In this document: positions 34,915-43,437 of the stretch, one piece after another
Position numbering within the stretch: position 1 is the stretch's first letter
Layout: each line of letters opens with the position of its first letter
IMG/VR virus record: IMGVR_UViG_3300017747_002036
Location: 1-54,283 of that record
Strand: one strand, 5' to 3'
Source of the DNA: a virus
Taxonomy: Duplodnaviria > Caudoviricetes
Length of the DNA stretch: 54,283 nucleotides
The notes under the pieces: generated by a model
The model's database searches: none
The model's input: only the letters and a program-made list of their open reading frames with translations
What the model was told of the DNA's origin: nothing
Translations under genes and position numbers: made by a program

Positions 34915-36192
34915 ATGGCAGCAATTCCAGCAATCGACGCTAATATTTGCTCTGGATGGACAGAGCAGAATATTAACTTGTTCAACAAACTCGACTTCTA
35001 TCTCGCCGCTCTTCAAGCTAAGAAGCGTAAGACGTGGATGGGGTGGAGTAAGTTCTGTGGTAAGGTTAAGTGGCAAGCCAACATGGGCGCAACCATGAAG
35101 GGTGTTCGCAAAGAACCTTCTCCTAACTTGCGGCAGTTCGCATTTCCTACAGTGTTGAGTGGTATCCCTAAGAAAGATATCATTGACATTCGAGAAATGA
35201 CTGTTACTACTCAAGTTTCTCGTCATCGTTTCGAGTCTCCAGTTCTTAACTTCTTGCCTGACTTCCAAGACTTCATGACTAATCATGTGTCTGCTCTTGG
35301 TGAAGACATTGAAGAGAAGAAGCTCCGCTACGAAGATATTTTCATTCGTGGTAACATCTTCCACAACTCTCCTAATGTGTGGATTCCTAATCGTGCAGCT
35401 GGCGAAATGGTAATCGCACCTATGGGTGATGGTAACCAAGCTGGAACTAGCGGTAAGACTACTGCTTGGTTGTCTGCTATCTTGCCTGAGATTGGTCAGC
35501 CGGGATACTTGGGTCTGCAATCTATTAACAAGTTGGTTACTGCACTTGAAGTTGACCTTCGTGTTCCTGCATTCAAGGGTTCTGGCCAACCTACAGATGA
35601 TGTTGGATTGAACGATATGTATTGTCTCGTTCTGTCTGCGGAAGCGTGGAATCAATTCACGTTTGACCCGTGGGTATTGGCTAACAAGAAACTCGACTTC
35701 GATGTTGTGAACCAATCTTTCCGTGGTTCTCTGTTCGGTCGTGTTACTTGCAAGCTGGAAGATATGCCGCTTCGTATTGCTGCGGATGGCACGTTCCCAG
35801 CTCCTGAGATTCGTGTTAGTGGTGGTGATGCTTACAACGAAGGTGAATCTGTTGTTAATCCTGACTATCAAGATGCGCAATATGAAGTTGCGTTCTTGAT
35901 TGGCACGGAAGGTTACAAGTCACTGGAAGTTGGGCCGCCTCCTACGGCATTCACGAACGGTGGTTACAATGACAAGTTCCGTAAGATGACTTGGAATGGT
36001 GAACTCATGCTCACTAAGGACTTCCTTATTGAGTGCGTGGATGATGACGGTAATGTTCGCTACGAGCAGAACTCTTATGGTGAATACCTCAAGTTCCAAT
36101 CTCAGTTGGCGCTTGGTATCATTGGTCAACAGAAACGTAATATCGTTCCTATCATCTTTAAGCGGACCCGCGGTGCTGTGGTTCCTGCTTAA
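34915..36192 (+). CDS. Major capsid protein (putative)
   Basis: 425 aa after the scaffold gene, with a dedicated promoter; position and size typical of HK97-fold capsid proteins. Confidence 0.8.
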   Translation: MAAIPAIDANICSGWTEQNINLFNKLDFYLAALQAKKRKTWMGWSKFCGKVKWQANMGATMKGVRKEPSPNLRQFAFPTVLSGIPKKDIIDIREMTVTTQVSRHRFESPVLNFLPDFQDFMTNHVSALGEDIEEKKLRYEDIFIRGNIFHNSPNVWIPNRAAGEMVIAPMGDGNQAGTSGKTTAWLSAILPEIGQPGYLGLQSINKLVTALEVDLRVPAFKGSGQPTDDVGLNDMYCLVLSAEAWNQFTFDPWVLANKKLDFDVVNQSFRGSLFGRVTCKLEDMPLRIAADGTFPAPEIRVSGGDAYNEGESVVNPDYQDAQYEVAFLIGTEGYKSLEVGPPPTAFTNGGYNDKFRKMTWNGELMLTKDFLIECVDDDGNVRYEQNSYGEYLKFQSQLALGIIGQQKRNIVPIIFKRTRGAVVPA

Positions 36193-36238
36193 GTTTAACA
36201 GTAACATAGAATCAAACAAAGAAAGAAATCGAATACAA

Positions 36239-36769
36239 ATGAAAACAAACTTCTTCTCTAATTTCTGCAAAGTGATGCTTGCAGGATGCGTAGTGGCAAT
36301 GGCTGCCTTGGCCCCTTATAAGGCTGAGGCAGCTTCCATTTCCGCTAACTACACCTCACTCAGCACTAACTCTCTGCTTACTGTTCCTGTAACGGTTAGC
36401 ACGATTCAAGTTAGTGCTAGTTCCTCGAACGCAGCTACTGTAATCTTCTACGATACTGCTTACGGTAGTAACGTATATGCAGTTGCCGCTAATGTAACTC
36501 GTAGTAACTACGTTACTAATGCTGTTAGCACGTATGTTACCACGACTGGCGTGACGAACTACCTTACTAACACTGTGTTGTATACTGCGCTGGTGACTAA
36601 CTCTGCTAATGCAAACACTCCGCTGCCAGCAGCTGCTACGTTTACAGTTCCAGCTGGGCTTACAACTACGTTCCCTGTTGAACTTGTGTTCAGCCGAGGC
36701 GTCCTTGTTAAGGCTAACACTAACGTAACAGTGAATGTTACATACCAAACTGGCCCAAGTGCTCCGTAA
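36239..36769 (+). CDS. Signal-peptide-bearing T/N-rich beta protein; candidate capsid decoration protein (start likely MKTNFF)
   Basis: MKTNFFSNFCKVMLAGCVVAMAALAPYKAEA|AS; lies directly after the capsid gene. Confidence 0.7.
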   Translation: MKTNFFSNFCKVMLAGCVVAMAALAPYKAEAASISANYTSLSTNSLLTVPVTVSTIQVSASSSNAATVIFYDTAYGSNVYAVAANVTRSNYVTNAVSTYVTTTGVTNYLTNTVLYTALVTNSANANTPLPAAATFTVPAGLTTTFPVELVFSRGVLVKANTNVTVNVTYQTGPSAP

Positions 36770-36782
36770 GTAGTTAAATATT

Positions 36783-36930
36783 GAGCTTGTTGTTTACTTC
36801 TCCACTGTGTCGGTCAGTTGCTAGTGTGCTCGCAAAGCTAAACCCGGCAAGGAGATTAAGACACAACAAATTAAGTCCACTTAGTGACGTGTTCAGCTAG
36901 GTGAGATTTAACAGAAGTAACAACAAGCTC
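36783..36930 (+). ncRNA. Multi-branched intergenic RNA structure
   Basis: 18-bp closing stem gagcttgttgtttacttct/agaagtaacaacaagctc enclosing gtgtc/gacac and cacttag/ctaggtg stems. Confidence 0.6.
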
Positions 36931-36971
36931 CCATTTAATTATTTAGGTCAACAAAACTTTACCATAACATT

Positions 36972-37325
36972 ATGTCAACTCCCGGTAATCCTCCAATTCC
37001 TCGTATTCCTTACAGTGCTCCTGCTAGGAGTATCGCAGATGTGAATGAAATCATAGCTGCTATCTCTGATAGGATAGTAAACGCTAACGCCATGAACTTA
37101 GGTGTTAACGGTGCAGTAGGTTGTGGGCCGGCAGATGTGGTAACTGGAAACTTCTTTGCACTACAAGCAATTGGTGACACTGTTATTGGAACATTGACTG
37201 CAGTTGGAGATAGTGGAGACGTTCTTACTGGAGTTACTTTACCGTCTGGTATGGTTGTGTATGGTAACTTTACTGCTGTAACTGTCACTAGTGGTTATAT
37301 TCGTGCTTACAAGAAGCAAGCTTAA
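36972..37325 (+). CDS. Small beta-rich virion protein
   Basis: GNFFALQA...GVTLPSGMVVYGNFTAVTVTSG; in the structural module. Confidence 0.7.
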   Translation: MSTPGNPPIPRIPYSAPARSIADVNEIIAAISDRIVNANAMNLGVNGAVGCGPADVVTGNFFALQAIGDTVIGTLTAVGDSGDVLTGVTLPSGMVVYGNFTAVTVTSGYIRAYKKQA

Positions 37326-37353
37326 TTTGAAGTTGGTCTGTTTATGAACTATT

Positions 37354-37512
37354 ATGTTAACTCTTGGCATAGGACTGGGAATACATAAGCAAGATGCAAC
37401 AGTAGGCCAAGGTGGCGGTGGCGGAGGGGAAGTCTATAACATAATTACAGAAGATGACATTAACATAATCACAGAAAGTGGCGATGAAATCATTCGGGAG
37501 GATGCGCCATGA
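37354..37512 (+). CDS. 52-aa virion adaptor-like peptide (not in the ORF track)
   Basis: MLTLGIGLGIHKQDATVGQGGGGGGEVYNIITEDDINIITESGDEIIREDAP; ATGA overlap with the next gene. Confidence 0.75.
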   Translation: MLTLGIGLGIHKQDATVGQGGGGGGEVYNIITEDDINIITESGDEIIREDAP

Positions 37513-37862
37513 TGTGTTTGAACTTAGGGTTAGGAATACAAAAATCAGATAATTCTGTATATAGTTCTGGTCCTCCTCCAGAAAATAGCATTACGTTATC
37601 AGCAGCAGAACTTTATATACCTGTAACGGAAGCGCGGCCAGCTAGAGCGACACTAGACTTTGTAAGATTAGTAGATACAGTTGTAGCATTGTCTACTGAT
37701 AATCCCGCAGCAGAAATTATAACTCCGCAAACAATATTAGCTGGAGATTTATTTGTAGAATTTTTTGTAGCTAATCCGGGTGGTCCAGCAGGAAATGCAG
37801 TTCTTAGTGGAACGTCAGATTTAGTAGTCAACAACACTTTAACTTTTGAATTAGGTGAATAA
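37509..37862 (+). CDS. Small virion protein with an Ig-like C-terminus
   Basis: N-terminus CLNLGLGIQKSD resembles the preceding peptide; beta-strand pattern. Confidence 0.65.
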   Translation: MMCLNLGLGIQKSDNSVYSSGPPPENSITLSAAELYIPVTEARPARATLDFVRLVDTVVALSTDNPAAEIITPQTILAGDLFVEFFVANPGGPAGNAVLSGTSDLVVNNTLTFELGE

Positions 37863-38571
37863 ACAAAACATTATCAAATATGGGTTAGTTGCTATCTTGG
37901 GGTTGCTGTCTGTGGCGGCAACAATTAAGATTAGTGACATGACTTCTGCTACCACTGTTGGTAATGCAGACCTGTTTACGCTTGTGCAAGGTGGAGCGAA
38001 TAAGAAAGTTACGCAAGCGACACTTCTTACTAACATCTTCGCTAATGTCACAGCAGGCAGTAACGTAACTGTTACTAATCAAGGAACTAACATTATTATT
38101 GCAGCTACAAGTGGTAGTAGTGGTAATACAGCTTATGCTCAAGCAATAACTGTTAGTGATACTACTAACAGAACTACAACTTCTGCTGCATTTACTAACA
38201 CTTTCGTGCAAGCTGTTTTCACAAACAACTTGGCCAGCACGAACAGCGCGGTGGAGATAACTGTTTCAGGCTATGCGGGTGGCTCGGTGGTTTCTGGCGT
38301 TCTGTTCACCATATTCGCGTGGGATGGAGCAACGGAAACAGACATCAAACCTGCTGCTGTTAATGCGCTTGGCGGTGTTCTGATAAACAGTTCGGCATCA
38401 CTGGAACCATTCAGCTTTACCTTCGTCCATACCAACATAACCAGCACCACCCCGCTTACATATCGGCTCGCATGGAATGTGAACTCAGGCACAGCCAACA
38501 TTGGACGTCGTAATTCCGATACGTTCTTTGACTTGCCAACTAATATTACTTTAAGGGAGAAAATTCGATGA
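37855..38571 (+). CDS. Fibre-like protein with an N-terminal signal peptide
   Basis: MNKQNIIKYGLVAILGLLSVAA|TIKISDMTSATT..ADLFTLVQGGANKKVT; T/N-rich; gp53-like C-terminal beta domain. Confidence 0.75.
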   Translation: MNKQNIIKYGLVAILGLLSVAATIKISDMTSATTVGNADLFTLVQGGANKKVTQATLLTNIFANVTAGSNVTVTNQGTNIIIAATSGSSGNTAYAQAITVSDTTNRTTTSAAFTNTFVQAVFTNNLASTNSAVEITVSGYAGGSVVSGVLFTIFAWDGATETDIKPAAVNALGGVLINSSASLEPFSFTFVHTNITSTTPLTYRLAWNVNSGTANIGRRNSDTFFDLPTNITLREKIR

Positions 38572-38987
38572 AAGACTTTCTAAGAACAGTAATGGTTTAT
38601 GCAGAACGTAATGGTTGCGTTGCTCAACCTCTAGATGACATATCTAGTTTTAATTGGAGTGGGCCGCTTCCTAAGCCTACTATTGCGCAGTTGGAAGAAT
38701 TTGAATCGACTGTGTTGGATGAAGAAGCACGAATAGAAGGTATTAAGAACAAAGCTTCTACACTTATTTTGACTCGCTATCCTATTTGGAAACAGAACAA
38801 TCTCCATATGAGGTTTACTGAGTTAGTCGATAAAGCACAATCTGGCCAAGAACTAACTCCAGAAGAGCAGTTGGAGAAAGAAGCTAGCCGTGCAGTCTGG
38901 ACTTGGGTAAAGCTAGTTCGTGTAGAATCTGACCGCCTAGAAGGAATTGCTGGAGCAACTGCTAATGATGGTAATTGGCCAGCATAA
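38568..38987 (+). CDS. Tail-fibre assembly/chaperone-like protein
   Basis: ATGA overlap with the fibre gene; PKPTIAQL and ILTRYPIWKQNN motifs. Confidence 0.55.
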   Translation: MKDFLRTVMVYAERNGCVAQPLDDISSFNWSGPLPKPTIAQLEEFESTVLDEEARIEGIKNKASTLILTRYPIWKQNNLHMRFTELVDKAQSGQELTPEEQLEKEASRAVWTWVKLVRVESDRLEGIAGATANDGNWPA

Positions 38988-39006
38988 CATAAAGGAAGGA
39001 ACTATT

Positions 39007-39366
39007 ATGGCCAAGGAACAAACTCAACAACATACTACAGAAGAGTCTATTTGGGAGAAGAGATTCGAGTCAATCTGTAAGTTAGTAGAAAGTCAGGCTA
39101 ATCAACAAGAACGAATCCTATCTTGCTTGGAAGGAGATGCGCTAGCAGGTAAGAAAGGACTCGTTCATTTAGTTGATGATTTGAACAATACGCAAATGCT
39201 TACCAGGAAGCAAGTTGAAGAACATGCTGCTAAGATTAAGATACATGACGACGAGATAGCTGAAAGTAAGTCACAGAGAAAGACTCTGATAACTGTCCTT
39301 TCATTAGGGAGCGGCGGCGTTGGAGCGATGCTATCTAAGTTCTTCGGGAATAGTGGAAGTAATTAA
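39007..39366 (+). CDS. Coiled-coil protein with a C-terminal membrane segment (lysis-associated)
   Basis: Start MAKEQ at 39007; ends in LITVLSLGSGGVGAML. Confidence 0.55.
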   Translation: MAKEQTQQHTTEESIWEKRFESICKLVESQANQQERILSCLEGDALAGKKGLVHLVDDLNNTQMLTRKQVEEHAAKIKIHDDEIAESKSQRKTLITVLSLGSGGVGAMLSKFFGNSGSN

Positions 39367-39407
39367 TTAAGATTTCGGTAAACAACAAACAAGAAGAAAG
39401 AACACGT

Positions 39408-39632
39408 ATGAAGAAAAGTTGGAAAACAACGGCTGGCGGTATCAGTGCAATCTTGGCAGCTATTGCTGGTGCCGCGAATCTGATGCTGGATAATAACCCT
39501 GCGACTAATCCTGATTGGTCTGTAGTTATCGCAGCGGTAACAACTGGCTTCGGCCTCATCTTCGCCCGTGACAACAACGTATCCAGTGAAGAAGCTGGAG
39601 CAGCGAAGACCGAAGTTAACATTACAAAGTAA
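39408..39632 (+). CDS. Holin (putative, two TM segments)
   Basis: MKKSWKTTAGGISAILAAIAGAANLML...WSVVIAAVTTGFGLIFARD. Confidence 0.7.
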   Translation: MKKSWKTTAGGISAILAAIAGAANLMLDNNPATNPDWSVVIAAVTTGFGLIFARDNNVSSEEAGAAKTEVNITK

Positions 39633-39658
39633 CTAGGAAAGGAGGTTGATTCTTATCT

Positions 39659-39901
39659 ATGCTAACAGCTGCCGCTCTCACTGCAATCATTGGGTTTGCC
39701 ATTTGGTTGGTGAAGCGGTGGCTGTTATCATCTGATGAGAAGAATCAGTCTCAGGCCGCCCAAGAAGCTAAAGGTCAGCAAGAGATAAGGAAAGTAATCG
39801 CTAAGGAACACAATGAAGAAGAACTTAATTCTTTGCTTGATAGTAAGTTGCGGTCTATTGACAGGTTGCGCAACGAGGCGGGAACTGATAATCATTCCTG
39901 A
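39659..39901 (+). CDS. Inner-membrane spanin (Rz-like)
   Basis: N-terminal TM segment plus helical periplasmic part; overlaps the lipoprotein gene. Confidence 0.65.
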   Translation: MLTAAALTAIIGFAIWLVKRWLLSSDEKNQSQAAQEAKGQQEIRKVIAKEHNEEELNSLLDSKLRSIDRLRNEAGTDNHS

Positions 39902-40037
39902 TACTGGTAAAGTAACTCAATTAGAGAATGGCGATTACTTAGTTCCGAAAGCGCGGATGCTAGAGATACTTGATACTTTGAACGCTTACGAAGCAATGTT
40001 GGCAGAACAGTCTAGGAATAGAAACAAATCAAAATAA
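39813..40037 (+). CDS. Outer-membrane lipoprotein spanin (Rz1-like)
   Basis: Signal peptide with lipobox LTG|C, overlapping the Rz-like gene in another frame. Confidence 0.72.
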   Translation: MKKNLILCLIVSCGLLTGCATRRELIIIPDTGKVTQLENGDYLVPKARMLEILDTLNAYEAMLAEQSRNRNKSK

Positions 40038-41305
40038 TGAGCTTCACTCCTTACAACATTCAAGATTGGTTGCGTAGAACTGCTGCTGTTCCAGTTCGTC
40101 GCAGGAGCACATACATTGAGATTCCTGCTTTTAACTACACTGACCTTGAATGGATTGGAGCAAGTGAATGTGTAGCTCAGTTTAATTTTTCAGCTAGCAA
40201 TAAGTTTACGCTGATTACGCTGCCCACTAAGCCAACAGACGCTAATTTTGGCCTTTGTATTCGTTATAGGATTGGAGATGAAGTATTTCGCTTTAAGCTC
40301 TGGGACGACGAAGCTTTCAAGCTTACTGGTGACGTTCCAGTCTATACAAACGAAATCATTCGTGCTAATTTCGTTATTGAAGTGTGGTCTTACGAGAATG
40401 AAACGACTGCACTTAACGAGGAAGCACTTCGCACAATTACGTCTGTTAGAGTTCTACCTACAGATGTAAGTCAGTTAGGTGTTAACGCTGCTTTGGCTGT
40501 TGGGGCGGAGTTTAGGGCATTGGCAAATACTAATACTACTCCTACTTCTCCGACGTCTACTGGTCGTATGGGATGGTTTAGGCCAGATGATTATGGTATC
40601 ATTGTAAATGGTCCTACTGCTACGCCGGGAGCATTAACCAATGCAGATGCTAGCGGGAATATGACAGACTTGAATGATACTGGTATTGGAGTAAGTATCT
40701 ACGCAGGAGCAAATGCACTAAATGGACATGCTTGGTTGCGATTTAACGGTTCTACAGCTTACATGGATTCTGCTTATGCTGGCGGTGTTCAAGCTGGAGA
40801 TAGGACATTTGTTGGTGTGATGCGTATCTATGCAGGGAGTATAGATTTAGATGGTTGGATAGTTGCAGATTACGATAACACACTGATGACTGCTGATAAA
40901 CTTGCTCATTTCAGTGACACAGAAGTGTATCTCATTAAGCAAGATGGAACTACAGGAGATAAGTTAACGCTAACAGATGATGAGTGGGTTGTATTCTACA
41001 TGACTATCTCTAGGAGCACTAACACAGTAATCCTGCACATAGAGGGACTTGGTGACGTTGAGATAGATAGTAGCATTGGTGACGTGCTTGCATCTTCCAC
41101 TGAGATGTATCTTGGCAATGACCCAACAGCAATTGGTGCGAATGCAGGGAAGTTCGACTTAGCTGAACTACTTGTATTCAACTCTGTTCTCTCTGCGGCA
41201 GACTTAACAACTAACATGCAGTATCTCTCTGAGAAGTTCTTTGAAGGCATTTCTCTTCCTCTCACATTTAACGAAGGTGGTCCGTGGCTCGATAACGATA
41301 ACTAA
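40037..41305 (+). CDS. Tail/receptor-binding protein with a concanavalin/LamG-like domain
   Basis: GWFRPD...LNGHAWLRFNGS...FDLAELLVFNSVLS...YLSEKF. Confidence 0.7.
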   Translation: MSFTPYNIQDWLRRTAAVPVRRRSTYIEIPAFNYTDLEWIGASECVAQFNFSASNKFTLITLPTKPTDANFGLCIRYRIGDEVFRFKLWDDEAFKLTGDVPVYTNEIIRANFVIEVWSYENETTALNEEALRTITSVRVLPTDVSQLGVNAALAVGAEFRALANTNTTPTSPTSTGRMGWFRPDDYGIIVNGPTATPGALTNADASGNMTDLNDTGIGVSIYAGANALNGHAWLRFNGSTAYMDSAYAGGVQAGDRTFVGVMRIYAGSIDLDGWIVADYDNTLMTADKLAHFSDTEVYLIKQDGTTGDKLTLTDDEWVVFYMTISRSTNTVILHIEGLGDVEIDSSIGDVLASSTEMYLGNDPTAIGANAGKFDLAELLVFNSVLSAADLTTNMQYLSEKFFEGISLPLTFNEGGPWLDNDN

Positions 41306-41316
41306 ACTACTCTAAC

Positions 41317-42426
41317 ATGAAAAAACTCCGTAATATTGTATTCTCTTTTGTCTGTCTCTTAGCCGCATATTCGCTGTATGCTGCGAATGACCCTGACCTC
41401 AGTAAAGGCTTAGACCTGACTAGCAGAACTACCGTAACTGCGTCGCAACTTAATCAGTTAGTTGACGCTGGAACACTTCGCACAAATCGCGCCGCGCTAC
41501 TTCTAACTAACGCTGCACCTAACGTTGTAGCAAATCCACGATACACGAATTGGATTTGGCTCGATCAGAGTTCTATCCCATTCGTTCTTAAAGCTTGGAA
41601 CGCTAACTCTAACGCGTGGATTGCAGTAAGCTTTGGCACTAATGCAATCACTACTGCACAGATAGGAGACGGCCAAGTTACAACTGTCAAGATTGCCAAT
41701 GGTGCAGTTACCACTGACAAACTCGGTGACAATTCTGTAACGGAAGCTAAGATTGTGGCTGGGCAAGTTTCTGCTAGTAAGATGGCTAATAATGCTATTA
41801 CTACACTGTCTATTACGAATGGTGCAGTTACAACCGAGAAGTTGGCAGTTAATTCAGTAAACACTACTAATGTAGTAGATGGTTCTATTACTTCTAATAA
41901 GATTGCTGCTGCTACTATCACTTCTGACAAGTTTGCGCCGGGAGCTATTGGTGCTGCTTCTATTGAAGATAATAGTATCACTGGTATTAAGATTGTAACG
42001 GGTGCAATTGGAACTACTAACATTGCAAATAGCGCAGTTACTACTAACAAGATTTCGTTTGGAATGTGGCTTTCTACTAACCAAACAGTTGCTATTCCTG
42101 CGGCTGCTGCTACTGCAACATTGACTCACACATTTCCTGCTCAACCACAAAGTGTTAACGTAGTGTTGGTTTGCACTTCGGCAGATTTGGGTTATTCTGT
42201 TGGAGATGAGATTCATATTCTTAGTGCTATCAACAATGCCGGTGCAGATGATTATCCTATGATTACGTATTCTGTTACTGCTGCTGGAATTACGTTTACG
42301 CGTGGGTCAACGTCTACAGCTACGTCCAACTTCATCAACAGGAAAGACACTGGAGTTCCTGATGATATTGTTACGACTAGCTGGAACATTAAATACTACG
42401 CTACGTATTTCCCTACGCCTAACTAA
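41317..42426 (+). CDS. Tail-fibre-like repeat protein with an N-terminal signal peptide
   Basis: MKKLRNIVFSFVCLLAAYSLYA|AN; about 14 ten-residue (A/S)(V/I)TxxK(I/L) repeats; C-terminal LVC..ADLGYSVGDEI domain. Confidence 0.8.
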   Translation: MKKLRNIVFSFVCLLAAYSLYAANDPDLSKGLDLTSRTTVTASQLNQLVDAGTLRTNRAALLLTNAAPNVVANPRYTNWIWLDQSSIPFVLKAWNANSNAWIAVSFGTNAITTAQIGDGQVTTVKIANGAVTTDKLGDNSVTEAKIVAGQVSASKMANNAITTLSITNGAVTTEKLAVNSVNTTNVVDGSITSNKIAAATITSDKFAPGAIGAASIEDNSITGIKIVTGAIGTTNIANSAVTTNKISFGMWLSTNQTVAIPAAAATATLTHTFPAQPQSVNVVLVCTSADLGYSVGDEIHILSAINNAGADDYPMITYSVTAAGITFTRGSTSTATSNFINRKDTGVPDDIVTTSWNIKYYATYFPTPN

Positions 42427-42435
42427 TTAATAATC

Positions 42436-43437
42436 ATGTCACTTCGTAACATACTACAAAAAGTAGCTACTAAGACTGGGGCTGATTTAACAAATCAGGA
42501 ACAGTTGGACTACTTGATTCAGGAAGTCAATGATACAGCTAAAGACGTATATGTAGCTAACGACTTCCCGAATTCACTAATAGAGCAACGCTACTATATG
42601 ACGGATGACACTGAACTAGTTCGTCTAGTTCTTCCGGCTGAAGTAGGTAAGTTACGGGCAGTTAGGTATTCTGACCTCGTAACTGGCAACATAACTCTTG
42701 TAGATATGCGGCCACGTTACTATACTGGTAACAACTGGATAGATAACAGGAACTTCCTAAAGTTTGAAGTGCAGAGTGATAATGCACCAATCAAACGAGA
42801 GATTGAGAATGCATCAAGAATTACATTCACTCTCAAGAAAGTCGAAACACAAGATGTAATTATCACTGTTGCTGGACGCACAGATTTCTCCCAGTCTTTC
42901 TCTGAGGACGTTACTATTCCAGCTGGCTCTCTGTCAGCTACTACAGTCAACAATTACGAAGATATCGTATCGTTTACTAAGAACGTAATCACTGATTCTG
43001 ACGTTCTAATTACTGACATTGACGATAACGAGATAGCTGAGATAATGAATTATGCAGCTGAGTCTCGTTACGTTTTAGTGCAAGTTTCTACTCGCCTTCT
43101 GACAGAAGTCTATTTGCAACCGGGATATACTCGCACTCTTGAAGTCCTTTATAAGAAGAAGTTCCGTCCGATGCAGAAACTAACTGATGAGTTTATGTGT
43201 CCTGATTGCGACAACATAATTGCAACTGCGTATCTAGCAGAATATGCAGCGCAGCAAGAAGGACAAGAACAACGTGCAATCCTCGCTGCTAACAGAGCGC
43301 AACAACAAGCTTCTGACTTAGCCTTCGATGATGAACAGGGCCGCCAGATGAAGCTAGAAGGGATGCAGTCTAGCGGTCTAGCAGGCTTCCAGCGAGTGCG
43401 TAACTCACGTCGTGGTTATGGTAGACGCTACTGCTAA
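42436..43437 (+). CDS. Head-tail adaptor / tail tubular protein A-like
   Basis: MSLRNILQKVA...LIQEVNDTAK helical start; position before the nozzle-like gene. Confidence 0.6.
   Translation: MSLRNILQKVATKTGADLTNQEQLDYLIQEVNDTAKDVYVANDFPNSLIEQRYYMTDDTELVRLVLPAEVGKLRAVRYSDLVTGNITLVDMRPRYYTGNNWIDNRNFLKFEVQSDNAPIKREIENASRITFTLKKVETQDVIITVAGRTDFSQSFSEDVTIPAGSLSATTVNNYEDIVSFTKNVITDSDVLITDIDDNEIAEIMNYAAESRYVLVQVSTRLLTEVYLQPGYTRTLEVLYKKKFRPMQKLTDEFMCPDCDNIIATAYLAEYAAQQEGQEQRAILAANRAQQQASDLAFDDEQGRQMKLEGMQSSGLAGFQRVRNSRRGYGRRYC

Noticed and set aside
34891-35880. 329-aa minus-strand ORF opposite the capsid gene, and similar shadow ORFs (16111, 17886, 41565, 47494)
   Set aside because: Antisense to well-supported genes with no motifs; explained by codon bias
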